DNA from: Myxococcota bacterium
Lineage (GTDB): Bacteria; Myxococcota_A; UBA796; SXON01
Assembly (NCBI GenBank): GCA_040386535.1
Contig: JAZKFH010000057.1
Location: 13,331-77,330, forward strand
Direction: 5' to 3'
DNA length: 64,000 nucleotides
Shown here: piece after piece, positions 38,857-50,432 of the stretch
How the letters are laid out: each line of letters starts with the position of its first letter
Position numbering within the stretch: the first letter of the stretch is position 1
Notes under the pieces: model-generated
Told to the model about the DNA's origin: nothing
The model's database searches: none
What the model saw: the letters and a program-made list of their open reading frames with translations, nothing else
Position numbers and translations under genes: made by a program

Positions 38857-40236
38857 ATGTCCCCCCTCTCCCTCCTGTCCTTCCTCGCCTGCACGGGCCC
38901 CGGCGCGACCGACGACACCGCCGCGTGCGCCGTCCCGGACGCCGTGGGGTGGTCCGAGGCCTCCCATGCCAAGGGCGACGCCGACTACGACCAGGTGTTC
39001 GCGCTCGACCGCGTGCAGCGCCTCGACCTGACGATCTGCGCCTCCGACTACGCCGCCATGCTGGACGATCTCGACACCCTGCTGGGCGACATGGGGGGCC
39101 CGGGCGACGGGGGGCCGCCCGACGGCGGCGGCGGACCGCCCGAGGGTGGGGGGCCCAGCATGGACTTCGACGAGCCGATGTGGGTCTCCGCGACCGTCGC
39201 GTACGACGGGCGCACGTGGCCCGCCGTCGGGATGCGCTTCAAGGGCAACTCCTCGCTCCTCTCGTCGTACCAGGAAGGGATCGCCAAGCTCCCCCTCCGC
39301 CTCGACTTCGACCAGTACGAGGACAGCGTCCCCGCCACCGAAGACCAGCGCTTCTACGGGTTCCAGAAGCTCTCGCTCGGGCCCGGCTACGCCGACGACT
39401 CGTTCCTGCGCGAGGTGCTCGCGGGCGAGCTGTTCGAGGCGGCGGGGATCCCCGTGGCGCGCAGCGCCTTCGTGGAAGTGTGGATCGACGCGGGGGAGGG
39501 CCCTACCTACTGGGGGCTCTACACGGTGGTCGAAGACCCCGAGAACGCCGCCTTCCTCGACCGCACCTTCGGTGACGACGACGGCAACCTCTACCAGCCC
39601 GAGGACGGCTGCGCCGACTGGACCTGCTTCGCGGAGGCGGACTTCTCCAAGGAGACCAACGCGGACGCGGCCGACTGGAGCGACGTGGAGGCCGCCATCG
39701 AGGCGCTTGCCGCCGACCAGGGCGATGCCGAGGCGTGGCGCGCCGCGCTCGAAGCCCGCTTCGACGTGGAGGGTTTCCTGCGGTGGCTCGCGCTCTCCAC
39801 CGCGGTGGGGAACTGGGACAGCTACGGCAACATGCCGCACAACTACTTCCTCTACGGAGACCCTGCGGCGGACGGCCAGCTCGCCTGGATCACGTGGGAC
39901 CACAACATGTCACTGGCGGACGGCATGCAGCCGCTAATCTCGCTCGATCTCGGCGACGTGGGCGACGAGTGGCCCCTCATCCGCACGTTGCTGGACGATC
40001 CGACCTACGCCGCCCGGTACGACGTGTTGCTCGCGGAGCATCAGGGCGTCGTCAACGTCGAGGCGTTCGCCGCCCGCGCCCAAACGCTCCACGCGCTGGT
40101 CGCACCCTACGTCGCGGCCGAGGCCGCCCCCTACACCCACCTCACCGATCCCGACGCCTTCGACACCTCCGTCGACGACCTCGTCGACTGGATGGAGACC
40201 CGCGACGCGCTCGTCTCCGATCACCTGGCCCGCTGA
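38857..40236 (+). CDS. cotH: CotH kinase family lipoprotein
   Basis: MSPLSLLSFLAC; VGMRFKGNSS, GNLYQP, NWDSY..HNYFLY and TWDHN motifs. Confidence 0.9.
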   Translation: MSPLSLLSFLACTGPGATDDTAACAVPDAVGWSEASHAKGDADYDQVFALDRVQRLDLTICASDYAAMLDDLDTLLGDMGGPGDGGPPDGGGGPPEGGGPSMDFDEPMWVSATVAYDGRTWPAVGMRFKGNSSLLSSYQEGIAKLPLRLDFDQYEDSVPATEDQRFYGFQKLSLGPGYADDSFLREVLAGELFEAAGIPVARSAFVEVWIDAGEGPTYWGLYTVVEDPENAAFLDRTFGDDDGNLYQPEDGCADWTCFAEADFSKETNADAADWSDVEAAIEALAADQGDAEAWRAALEARFDVEGFLRWLALSTAVGNWDSYGNMPHNYFLYGDPAADGQLAWITWDHNMSLADGMQPLISLDLGDVGDEWPLIRTLLDDPTYAARYDVLLAEHQGVVNVEAFAARAQTLHALVAPYVAAEAAPYTHLTDPDAFDTSVDDLVDWMETRDALVSDHLAR

Positions 40237-40261
40237 CATCCACACCCGCCGAGGAGTCCCC

Positions 40262-40681
40262 ATGCGACTGGTCCTGCTCTTCCTGCTCGCCCTCCCCACC
40301 CTCGCGTCCGCTGGCGACGGGGGGCCCCCCGGAGGGCGCCACCGCGGCCCGCCGCCGCACGTGATCCTCCTCGACAACGCCGACGAGCTCGGCCTCGACG
40401 ACGCCACCACCACGCGCATCGAGGCGATCGCGGCCGCCGCGCGCCCCGAGCTCCACGCCCTGCACACCGCGGCCCGGTCGCTCCGCCCCGAAGACGAAGG
40501 CTTCGCCGAGGCCCGCGCGCAGCTGGTCGAGGCCGAGGGCGCGCTGATGGACGACATCCGTGCCGAGCTCACCGAAGCGCAGTGGGCGGCGGCCGAGGCG
40601 CTCCTGCCGCCGCCGCGGTCCGACGCGAAGCCCGCGCCGGGCGCGTGTGATGCGGACGCGAGGAAGCCGAGCCCCCGGTGA
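40262..40681 (+). CDS. Spy/CpxP/ZraP-like periplasmic protein
   Basis: Signal peptide; ELGLDD..I; LTEAQW motif; sits before an HK/RR pair. Confidence 0.65.
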   Translation: MRLVLLFLLALPTLASAGDGGPPGGRHRGPPPHVILLDNADELGLDDATTTRIEAIAAAARPELHALHTAARSLRPEDEGFAEARAQLVEAEGALMDDIRAELTEAQWAAAEALLPPPRSDAKPAPGACDADARKPSPR

Positions 40682-40694
40682 TAGGAGCTCCGTC

Positions 40695-41932
40695 GTGACC
40701 CCCGCGCCCGCCCGCCCCGGCCCGTCCCGCGGTTTCGCCCGTGCGGTGTCTCGCCATGGCCTCGTCGGCGTGGCCGTGCTGGCGGCGGCGCTCCTGCTCC
40801 TGACCAACGGCTGGCTCTACGCGGGCGTGGTTGCGCGCTCGCAAGAGCTGGCGTTGGCGCAGGGGCAGGTGTTCGCGCTCGCGCTCCAGGCGGAGAGCCG
40901 CGGGCCACCCGACGAGGCCTCGCTCCAGGCGCTCGTCGCGGCGAAGGGCGCGGACGGGCTCCGCTGGGCCGGGCTGGTGGAGCGGGCCGGCCCGCTCGTG
41001 GCCGAGGCCGGGACGGCGCACCCCGGAGGCCCCATGCCCGACGAGGACACGCTGCTGGTCGAGGTGGGGGACCGCGTGCGCTTCCTCGCGCGCCCGCCGC
41101 CGCCTCCGCCGGGGCGCCCCCCGCGGCCAGCCCTCGTGCTCGAATACGTGCCCCTCGGCGCGGCCGATCTGCACACCCGGTCGGCGCGTGCGCTCGGAGT
41201 CGCGGGGATCGGCGCCGTGCTGCTGGTCGGGGCGGCCGCCCTGTTCTCCCGGCAGCAGCGCCGCGCGGAGGCGGCCGAGCGGGAGATCGCGCACCACCGG
41301 CACCTCGCGGGCCTCGGCGAGATGAGCGCCGTGCTCGCCCACGAGATCCGCAACCCGCTGGCCGCGCTCAAGGGCCACGCCCAGCTCCTCACCGAGCTGC
41401 TGCCGGCAGGAGACCGCTCGCTCGCCCGCGCCGAACGGGTGGTGAACGAGGCCATCCGCCTGGAGCAGCTCACGGACGACCTGCTCGCCTTCGCCCGCAC
41501 CGGCGCGCTCGTACGTGCCGACGTCGACCCCGGCGAGCCGCTCCGCGGGGCCGTGGCCGACCTCGCCGCCGACCGAATCGTGCTCGACATGGCGGGCGCC
41601 CCGGCGTCGTGGTCACTCGACGCGCCGCGGATGCGCCAGGTGCTGGCGAACCTGCTGCAGAACGCGCTCCAGGCGGCGCCGGAGGGCCGGGTCGAGGCCA
41701 GCGTCCGCCAGGAGGCCGACCGGCTGGTGTACGTGGTCCGCGATCAGGGTCCCGGCGTGCCGCCGGGCGAGGAGGGCGCCATCTTCGAGCCGTTCCACAC
41801 GCACCGCACCCGCGGCACCGGCCTCGGGCTCGCCGTCGCGCGCCGCATCGTCGAGCTCCACCGCGGGCGGATCGACGCGTCCACCCACCCCGACGGCGGC
41901 GCGCTGTTCCGCGTCTCCCTCCCGGCGGCGTC

Positions 41933-41936
<4 letters not shown>
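40695..41936 (+). CDS. Sensor histidine kinase (ZraS/NtrB-like)
   Basis: 2 TM; LAHEIRNPL H-box, NLLQNA, DQGPG and GTGLGL boxes; start approximate. Confidence 0.9.
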
Positions 41937-43250
<1,314 letters not shown>

Positions 43251-43273
<23 letters not shown>

Positions 43274-43652
43274 TCCCGTAGGCCTCCCGCTTCGCCGCCG
43301 CGATCGCCGCGTCCACCTCGGCCTCGGCCACCCCCGACTCCGCCGCCTTGCGCACCAGCGCGGCGATGCCCGCGGTGATCTCCTCCACCAGCTTCTGCCG
43401 CGACGCCTCGATCCCGTGCGCCGCCACGAACGTCCCGCGCCCCTGGTGGGACACCACGAGGCCCATCGCCTCGAGCTCCTCGTAGGCCTTCTTGATCGTG
43501 ATGACGGACACGAGCGTGTCCGCCGCGAGCTCGCGGATCGACGGCAGCGGCGAGCCCGGCAACAGCCGCCCCGATCGCACCATGTCGGCGATGGCGTCGC
43601 GCACCTGCCGGTAGTACGGCACGCCCGACGCCTCGGAGAGCGTGAGCTTCAT
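43251..43652 (-). CDS. GntR family regulator (YtrA subfamily)
   Basis: PYYRQV..LPSIRELA..SVITIKKAYEELE..GRGTFV; short C-domain. Confidence 0.9.
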
Positions 43653-44500
43653 TCGTTCGCCTCCGCGCCGGCGAGCGCGAGCACGCCGAGGTCCACCGTC
43701 GTGTCGCCGACCTCGACCGTGATGTCGGCGGTCTGGGCGGGGACACACGTGCCCTTGATCACCCAGGTGCCCGCGGGCAGGTGGTCCACCCGGAACGGCT
43801 CGCCGCGCGGCGTGCGCACGTAGCGGGTGTCGTCGGGCCAGGCGCCCAGGAACGAGCCGAGGAACGGCCGGCGCGCCGACACGAGGCAGCTCCGCGCGTC
43901 GCTCGCGATGCTGCCCGTGACCGCTCCGCCGAGGCCGGTGAAGTCGAACCGCGCGATGTCCTCGGAGGCCGACAGCTTCACCTCCTGGCCGGCCACCTCC
44001 ACCACGAGGTCCGCCCCCGCGGGGCACTCGATCGAGCGGTGGCCCCCTTCGACCGATGCCGGGGCCTGCCGGGTGGGCGCCTTCCCCCCGTCGGGCACCC
44101 AGCACCGGACCCCCGCGATCTCCTGGCAGCTCTCCTCCGCGAAGCCGAGGCAGCGCAGATCGACCACGCGGGTGCTCCGGACCGCGAAGTGTTTGGTCAG
44201 GTGCTGACCGGCGTGCACGGTGAGGCGCGCGGCGGGCTCGTCATGCCCACCCACCGTGACCGACACGCTGTACGTCTGGAGCCCGTCCGCAGGGAGGTGG
44301 AGCGTGTAGCCCCCGTCGGGGCCGGTCACCGTGGTCACGGGCGTGGTCGCCTCGCCGGACGAGCGCGTCGGCGGGGCCTGCGCCCAGATCGCGGCGCCGA
44401 CGACGGGCGCGCCGTCGGGGGTGCGGACGAAGCCGACTAGCTCGGCCTCTCCGGTTTCGGGGGCGCAGGCGAGCAGGAGGAGGGAGAGGAGGTGGAGCAT
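43649..44500 (-). CDS. Lipoprotein with carboxypeptidase-regulatory-like (Cna-B type) domains
   Basis: MLHLLSLLLLAC; G.V..PDGAPVVGA; TGPDGGYTL. Confidence 0.75.
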   Translation of the reverse strand: MLHLLSLLLLACAPETGEAELVGFVRTPDGAPVVGAAIWAQAPPTRSSGEATTPVTTVTGPDGGYTLHLPADGLQTYSVSVTVGGHDEPAARLTVHAGQHLTKHFAVRSTRVVDLRCLGFAEESCQEIAGVRCWVPDGGKAPTRQAPASVEGGHRSIECPAGADLVVEVAGQEVKLSASEDIARFDFTGLGGAVTGSIASDARSCLVSARRPFLGSFLGAWPDDTRYVRTPRGEPFRVDHLPAGTWVIKGTCVPAQTADITVEVGDTTVDLGVLALAGAEANE

Positions 44501-44514
44501 GCTGAAGGGATAGC

Positions 44515-44546
44515 TTGACATGCTGTATATGTCAATATACACAGCA
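44515..44546. promoter_or_regulatory. YtrA/GntR-type operator adjoining a -35 box
   Basis: TTGACA at 44515; palindrome TGTATAT-GTCA-ATATACA at 44524-44541, AT-rich in a GC-rich background, between divergent operons. Confidence 0.75.
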
Positions 44547-44564
44547 GACACTTCGGAGCCACCC

Positions 44565-45266
44565 GTGTCCAGCCCCCTCCATCTCCACACCGTCCGCGTC
44601 CGCCGGGCCGGCGGCTTCCAGCTCAGCGTCGACGATCTCTCGGTCGAGCCGGGCACGATCGTCGGGCTGGTCGGCCGCAACGGCGCGGGGAAGACCACGC
44701 TGATGGAGCTCCTCGGGGGCCTCTGCCGGCCCGACGCGGGCACGGTGCGGGTGTTCGGGATCGATCCGTTCGCCGACCCGGTCGCCGCCCGCCGCCGGGT
44801 GGCCCACATGACGGACGACGCGCCCGTGTTCGCCCTGCCCATCGGCGCCCTGCTGCGCGCGGTCGCGCCGTTCTACCCCACCTGGGATCCGGCGCTGGCC
44901 GGCCAGCTCCTCGAGCGCTTCGAGCTCTCCGCGAGCAGGCAGGCAGGCTCGCTGTCGAAGGGGGAGGGGACCCGATTGCGGCTGGTGCTCGCATTGGCGT
45001 GGCGGCCCGAGCTCGTGATGCTCGACGAGCCGGGCACCGGCCTCGACGTGCCGTCGCGGCGCGCCATGCTGGCCGAGGTGATGGATGTCGTGCGCGACCC
45101 CGCGCGCACCGTGCTCTTCTCCTCCCACCAGGCCGAGGACGTCGAGCGCATCGCCGACCGTGTCGTGCTGCTGCACGAGGGGCGCGTGGTGGCAGACGGG
45201 CCCACCGCCGACATCGTGGGTGAGGGCCGCACGCTCGAGCAGGTGCTCGCGGGCGGTGCCCGGTGA
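44565..45266 (+). CDS. ABC transporter ATP-binding protein (YtrB-like)
   Basis: [19 protein letters not shown] and SSH motifs; GTG start after GGAG. Confidence 0.9.
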   Translation: MSSPLHLHTVRVRRAGGFQLSVDDLSVEPGTIVGLVGRNGAGKTTLMELLGGLCRPDAGTVRVFGIDPFADPVAARRRVAHMTDDAPVFALPIGALLRAVAPFYPTWDPALAGQLLERFELSASRQAGSLSKGEGTRLRLVLALAWRPELVMLDEPGTGLDVPSRRAMLAEVMDVVRDPARTVLFSSHQAEDVERIADRVVLLHEGRVVADGPTADIVGEGRTLEQVLAGGAR

Positions 45267-46624
45267 GCGCGCTCGGGCGCCTCGCACCCGGTCGCGTCGT
45301 CCTGGCCGCGCGGCTCCAGGCCCAGGCCCTCGCGGCTCGGGGGGGCCGGGCGTGGCTGCTCGTCCTCTTGTGTGCCGGGCTCGCGGCGGCGCTGATCCTC
45401 CAGCCGGGTCCGCGGGGCAGCTTCAGCCTCATGAACAGCGTGCAGCTCGGCTACATGACCGCGGTCCTCGCCCAGATGTTGGTCCTCCCGGTCCCCTGGC
45501 GCGGCGCCACGGTGCTGCCGGGGCTGCCCGTCACGCGCGGAGAGCGGGGCCTCGGCTCCCTCCTGATGCTGGTGGTGGTGGTGGTCGGGCCGGCGGTCGC
45601 CTTTCGCCTCGGGGTGCGCGGGCTGGACGGCGTCGAGACCCTCGTGGCCGCGCTGCTCTCCGTCGGGCTCGTGGTCGTGGCGGGGGCCGCGGTCGGCTCG
45701 CACGTGGCCGGCCGCCGCCCGGAGGAGCAGGGCCGCTGGGTCTCCTTCCTCGGCCTCACCGTCGTCGCGATCGTGGCGGGGCGCTACGGGCTCCCGGGCG
45801 CGGCGATCAGCACCGCGGGGCTCGTGGCCGCCCTGATCTGGGACGAACGGCGCGGGCGATCGGCACCCGCGGAGCTCCCCGATCGCGGGCCCCTGGGTGC
45901 GCCCTCCCGCCCCGCGGACCAGGCGCTCTGGCCCTTCGCGCGGGCAGGGTGGGCGTCCTCCCTCGCCGCTGGCGCGGGCGCCGGGCTGCTCGCCGTCGTC
46001 TCCCCGGGCCTGTTCCGTCTCGTCGACCAGGACGAGCCCCTGGCCGGCATCGCGAGCGCGATCCGCCTCGGCATCAACGAGCTCCTGCCCCCCGGGCCGG
46101 GGTTCGAGTTGGCGCTGCCGGGCCTGGTCGCGGTCGTCTTCGCCATGCAGTCCATCCTGCCGCGGGTCGCGGGCAAGCCGAGGGAGAGCGGCGTCTACGT
46201 GTTGTTGCGGCTCCCGATTGCGCCGCGCTCGCTCTACGTCCAGGAGCTCCGGATCGCCGGGCTCCGCGCCCTGCTGGTGCTGGTCGCCGCGAACCTCGTC
46301 GTCGCCCTCGCCCTGGTCCTCAACGGCTCGGTCTCGGGCCCCGCCGATCTCGCGGTGCTCGTGCTGCCCGCCCCCGTGTGGCTCGCGGTCGCGTTGTTGG
46401 CCCACGCGGGCACCGCGCTCGTGCCGATCGTCGGCGGGTGGTGGATCCGGGCCGCGCCCTGGGCCCTCTTCCTCGTCTGGTCCCAATTCGCGCTGCTCGG
46501 CGGGCTCGGTCCGTTCGCCGCCGTGGCCGGGCTGGTGCACGCCGTCGGCGCCCTCTTCGTGGGGCTCGCCATCGGAACGCTCGCCTGGAGCGTGTCCCGC
46601 GCCGGTCGCCCCGCTACCGCGTAA
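45263..46624 (+). CDS. ABC permease-like polytopic membrane protein
   Basis: About 12 hydrophobic segments; LPVTR and LRLPI motifs; GTGA overlap. Confidence 0.7.
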   Translation: MSALGRLAPGRVVLAARLQAQALAARGGRAWLLVLLCAGLAAALILQPGPRGSFSLMNSVQLGYMTAVLAQMLVLPVPWRGATVLPGLPVTRGERGLGSLLMLVVVVVGPAVAFRLGVRGLDGVETLVAALLSVGLVVVAGAAVGSHVAGRRPEEQGRWVSFLGLTVVAIVAGRYGLPGAAISTAGLVAALIWDERRGRSAPAELPDRGPLGAPSRPADQALWPFARAGWASSLAAGAGAGLLAVVSPGLFRLVDQDEPLAGIASAIRLGINELLPPGPGFELALPGLVAVVFAMQSILPRVAGKPRESGVYVLLRLPIAPRSLYVQELRIAGLRALLVLVAANLVVALALVLNGSVSGPADLAVLVLPAPVWLAVALLAHAGTALVPIVGGWWIRAAPWALFLVWSQFALLGGLGPFAAVAGLVHAVGALFVGLAIGTLAWSVSRAGRPATA

Positions 46625-46629
46625 CGACG

Positions 46630-47127
46630 CTACCCCTCCACGAACTGCACGCCCGCGACATCGATCGCGAACGTCTTCTGCGGCCCCACGATCGTGGAGG
46701 GGTCCCGCCCGGCGTCCTCCGCGTAGTGGCGGGCCTCCGCCTCGGGCAGCTCGGCCACGGCGAACGTGCCCTTCACGAGCACCTTCTTCCCGCCCGCGTC
46801 CTTCGGCAGGAAGATCTTGTAGTCCTTGTCCTTCACCATCACGTTCACCGTCGCGTCGCTGGTGGCGATGGTGTGCCAGCAGCCCTTCTTCTGGCACACC
46901 TCCTTGACCACGCCTTCGACGACCAGGTCCTTTCCGTCCCACGCGGCGGGGTCGGCCACCACCTTGTCGACCGGCACGATCTCGGCGGCGGTGAACGTCT
47001 CGCCCAGCGCCACGTGCCACGCGGGCGCGGCGGGCGCCTCGGTGACGGGCGGCGTGGGGGCGACCGGGCCGGAAGACGCGGTGGGAGGCGCGGCGGGCGA
47101 GCAGGCGAACAGGAGGGCGAGCAACAT
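46630..47127 (-). CDS. DUF4920-like lipoprotein (OB-fold)
   Basis: MLLALLFAC; VEGVVKEVCQKKGCW; HYAEDAG. Confidence 0.85.
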   Translation of the reverse strand: MLLALLFACSPAAPPTASSGPVAPTPPVTEAPAAPAWHVALGETFTAAEIVPVDKVVADPAAWDGKDLVVEGVVKEVCQKKGCWHTIATSDATVNVMVKDKDYKIFLPKDAGGKKVLVKGTFAVAELPEAEARHYAEDAGRDPSTIVGPQKTFAIDVAGVQFVEG

Positions 47128-47252
47128 GGACGCCGCGTATCCGCTTGTGGGGCGCCGGGCTTTCTGCTTTGGGGCGGCGGGGCGGCTCCGGGTCACGCGG
47201 CTCTGAACGGGCGGGGCCGCCCGACCGTTCAAGGTCGGGGCATGCGCAATCA

Positions 47253-47566
47253 ACGCCTATGCATTCCCCTCAGGCGCCCGTGCAGATCCGCGGGCCGTCG
47301 CTTCCGAGGTGGTCATGTCCCCATGAATGCACGCGGCACGGAGTCATGCCGAGTTGAATGCTCGGATCCAGGCTGCGATGGCCGGCGGGCTGCCGAAAAA
47401 CGCGCTTGGTTCCGTGGTGGCAGCCGTGGGAAGCCCTGACTTGACGGGAATGAACTGAATTCAGCGGCGTTCACGGTGGCATGACTCCGATTTAGCGGCG
47501 TTGAGGGGGGCATGACCCCGCCCTCGATACGCTCGTACTCGAGCGCTGATCGAGGTGCATAGGCAT
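47253..47566 (+). mobile_element. Non-autonomous four-box element (MITE-like), empty copy A
   Basis: TIRs ACGCCTATGCA / TGCATAGGCAT; flanks TGCGCAATCA vs TGCGCTCTCT (7/10); boxes at 47312, 47343, 47467 and 47498; 105-bp core. Confidence 0.7.
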
Positions 47567-47614
47567 TGCGCTCTCTCGCTGGACACCTGTTCAGTGTCCG
47601 GATACTCCGCCCGC

Positions 47615-47941
47615 ATGCCGCGCCCCAAACCCAGGCCCACCTCCCCCGAGCACCGCGCCGCGCTCACGGCGCTGCGCACCCTCCCGGCCATCGGCCCCAG
47701 CCTCGCGCAGGACCTGTGGCTCCTCGGCTACCGCGCCCCCCCGGATCTCGTCGGCGCCGACCCGATGGAGATGTATCGCCGCCTCGAGGCGCTCTCCGGC
47801 AGCACACAGGACCCGTGCGTGCTCGACACGTTCCGGTGCGCGGTCTACGCGGCCAGCACGCCGGAGCCCGACCCCGCGCGGCTCGAGTGGTGGTGGTGGT
47901 CGCGCCAGCGGCTCGCGGGCGAGCTTCCCGGGCACCGTTGA
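47615..47941 (+). CDS. Helix-hairpin-helix protein (Cdd1/mitomycin-resistance-like)
   Basis: LPAIGPSLAQDL, DPMEMY, QDPCVLDTF and WWWWS motifs. Confidence 0.85.
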   Translation: MPRPKPRPTSPEHRAALTALRTLPAIGPSLAQDLWLLGYRAPPDLVGADPMEMYRRLEALSGSTQDPCVLDTFRCAVYAASTPEPDPARLEWWWWSRQRLAGELPGHR

Positions 47942-47960
47942 CCAGCCATCGTCAGCAGCT

Positions 47961-48080
47961 GGGCGGCTGATCGGCGCCCTCTGGGGTCGGCCTTCGGCCT
48001 CCGCTCGCGCGGCCGCCTCCCGGCGGCGGCGCGGAGCCGGCCGGCCCAGCCGGCCGCCCGCCGGTCACCGGCCGCGGGGG
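47961..48080 (+). repeat. Multi-hairpin intergenic repeat, family H, copy 3 (diverged)
   Basis: TCGGCGCCCTCTGGGGTCG-GCCTTCGGC-CTCCG..CCGGCCG..CCGGCCGC..CGCGGGG. Confidence 0.55.
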
Positions 48081-48126
48081 CGCTTTCGGTGAGCGCTCGC
48101 TCGCCTTCCCGCAGGTAGCCGTCGGA

Positions 48127-49551
48127 TCAGGGCGCGGCGTCCCAGGGCGCGAGGTAGAGCGAGACGTTTCCTGCCTGATCGACCGCGGCGAGGTCGAGCG
48201 TGCCGTCGCCGTCGAGATCGTAGCCGCCGCCCATCGCGTACCCGAAGTTGTCTCCGCCGCGAAAAATCGGACCGTCTTCGGTCACAACGGTGCCGCCTGC
48301 CCGAAGCGCCGCGTTGGAGACGAGCCGAACCTCGTCCGCGAACGTGGCGCTCAGGGCGAGCCCCGTCGCGCAGTCTCCGTCCGTGATGGGAGCGATGTGG
48401 GCGCCCAGGTAATCCTGGCCCTCAGCCGTCAGCGTCACCGCGGCGTCCACCACACCCAGGGTCCGGCCGGCCCGCGCGGCCTCGGCGAGCTCGTCCCCGG
48501 CGAAGCCGTACACGCTGGTGGTGGCTCGGAGGCCCTGCATCTCGAAGAGCTCCGCAAGGCCGTCGTCGTCGAGGTCAACGAGGACCGGCGCCTTCGGGCG
48601 TTCCTGGAAGCTCAACAGCACGTCCAGATCCGCGGCGTTCAGCAGGCCACCCCGCGCACCCAGCTCGGCGGGGAGCACGACCAGGTCGCTCGTGAGGTCC
48701 TCCAGCGAGTGCAGGAGGAGCAGGTCGCGGACGCCATCCCCGTCGAAGTCCGCGTCGGCGACCGGATTGCCGTGGAGCTGCTCGGACGTGCCGACGGCGA
48801 CCAGCGTGTCCGCTTCCCCGAACGCCCCGCCGGCGCCGAGCATCGCGCCGGCGAAGACGAGCGTCCGCGCATATCCGGCGGTGGGCGCGTAGGCGGTCGC
48901 GAGGATCTCGGGGATGCCATCGCCGTCGAGGTCGGGCCCCACCGTCTCCGAGATTTGAACGAACGTGTCGTCGGGCCGCTCGTCGAGGGCAATCGTCGCG
49001 AGGGGTGCGTCGCTGTTCAGGGTGGACCACACCGCCAGGGAGCCGGCGCGCGCGTAGCCGTGCGCGACCACGATCTCCGCCTTCCCGTCACGGTCGAGAT
49101 CTCCGCCGAACCCGACGTCGAAAGCCGCTTGCGCCGTGTTCGCCCAGGCCGGGAACCAGGTTCCTGCCGTCGTGTCGCCACGAGCGAGGTCTTCGCCGCG
49201 AACGAGCGCGATCCCGCGCGTCGTCTCGTGCCAGGACTCGTAGAGGAGGTCGGGCCGCCCGCCCCCGTCGAGGTCGGCGGTGAGGCGCGTCGCGTAGGGG
49301 GATACGAGGCCGCCGACCGCGAATGTGTAGACGGAGCCCGGTGACACGCAGGGCTCGACGATCGGGCCCGTGTCGGTGTCGGGCGTACCCGTGTCGTCGA
49401 GAGTACCCGTGTCGTCGGGCGTACCCGTGTCGTCGGGCGTGGCCGTGTCGGTGTCCCTCGCGCCGGTGTCGTCCGGCTCCCCATCCGAGAACGGCGCCTC
49501 CCCCACCGGCTTCGAGTCGAGGTCCTGCGCGCAGCCGATGAGGAAGAGCAT
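48127..49551 (-). CDS. FG-GAP repeat lipoprotein
   Basis: MLFLIGC; (TPDDTG)n linker; repeated DLDGDG motifs. Confidence 0.8.
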   Translation of the reverse strand: MLFLIGCAQDLDSKPVGEAPFSDGEPDDTGARDTDTATPDDTGTPDDTGTLDDTGTPDTDTGPIVEPCVSPGSVYTFAVGGLVSPYATRLTADLDGGGRPDLLYESWHETTRGIALVRGEDLARGDTTAGTWFPAWANTAQAAFDVGFGGDLDRDGKAEIVVAHGYARAGSLAVWSTLNSDAPLATIALDERPDDTFVQISETVGPDLDGDGIPEILATAYAPTAGYARTLVFAGAMLGAGGAFGEADTLVAVGTSEQLHGNPVADADFDGDGVRDLLLLHSLEDLTSDLVVLPAELGARGGLLNAADLDVLLSFQERPKAPVLVDLDDDGLAELFEMQGLRATTSVYGFAGDELAEAARAGRTLGVVDAAVTLTAEGQDYLGAHIAPITDGDCATGLALSATFADEVRLVSNAALRAGGTVVTEDGPIFRGGDNFGYAMGGGYDLDGDGTLDLAAVDQAGNVSLYLAPWDAAP

Positions 49552-49654
49552 GCCCGCACCGTGCCAGGCTTCCGCGACCGACGCAACCCCTCGTTTGCTC
49601 GTAGCTGGTGACTGTGCCCTGGAACCGGCGGTGGCCGCGGGCCTCCGCCGCCCG

Positions 49655-50305
49655 CTACTCCGCCGCGGTCACCTGACCGCGCGCCACCGGGGTGTTCCCG
49701 CTGCCATCCTGCCCCTCGACGCCCACGTCGACGAACAACGCGTCGAACCGCCCTTCGAAGCCGAGGGAGAACGCGCCGGCGGTGGTGCCGAGGTCGGCCA
49801 GCGCCGTGTCCGCGGCCTCGGCGATGTCGGCGGGAACCGGTGACAGCGCCAGGGTTTCGGGCAGCCAGCCGAAGTCCATGGCGTCGTCGGAGAGCGCGGT
49901 GGCGCTGAGCAAGGCCGTTCCGCTGGCGACGAACGTGCCGTCGGGATCGGTGAGCGTGACGTCCACGGGGATGGATAGCCACGCTCCGATGCGGCCACAG
50001 GTGCCATCTCCCTCGGCAACTCCCTCGGCCAGCTCCACCGCGTGCACGGGGTCGGACCCGCGGCGGACGGTCATGCTCAGCGCCGCGACGGTCGACCCGG
50101 CGTACGACTCCGGGTGGTCCGAGACCCACGCCACGTCCCAGGCCCGTCCGTCCACGGCGGCCACGGCTTCGGCGGCCGTGAAGCCGAAGGGTGCGGCATC
50201 GTCCGCCACCTCGGCGTCCGAGACGACGTCGCAACGAATGATGATCTCGGACTCCGTGCCACAAGCCGGGAGGAGCAGGACGAACAGGAAGGGCAGGCGA
50301 CGCAT
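49655..50305 (-). CDS. Hypothetical lipoprotein
   Basis: MRRLPFLFVLLLPAC; acidic composition. Confidence 0.7.
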   Translation of the reverse strand: MRRLPFLFVLLLPACGTESEIIIRCDVVSDAEVADDAAPFGFTAAEAVAAVDGRAWDVAWVSDHPESYAGSTVAALSMTVRRGSDPVHAVELAEGVAEGDGTCGRIGAWLSIPVDVTLTDPDGTFVASGTALLSATALSDDAMDFGWLPETLALSPVPADIAEAADTALADLGTTAGAFSLGFEGRFDALFVDVGVEGQDGSGNTPVARGQVTAAE

Positions 50306-50432
50306 CGAACGGTCCGGGTGCAAGGACATCCTCTCCCCGAACGCGTCTCTCTGCAAGTTCGACGCGCATGTTTGGTCACGCGGCCGGTCACCGGCCGCGC
50401 CTACTCGAAGCCCAGGTTCTTCACTGCGACGG

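Noticed and set aside
47323..47439. Recurrent short ORF MNARGTESCRVECSDPG.. (also on the minus strand from 55330 and 58053)
   Set aside because: It is a translation of the four-box element; its ATG lies within a box, and there is no independent coding signal.
49370..49452. 18-bp tandem repeat
   Set aside because: It encodes the (TPDDTG)n linker of the lipoprotein and is not an independent element.
49550..49565. sigma54-like TGGCACGGTGCGGGCA on the minus strand
   Set aside because: The -12 GC abuts the ATG at 49551, so transcription would start inside the gene; the -12 match is also poor.
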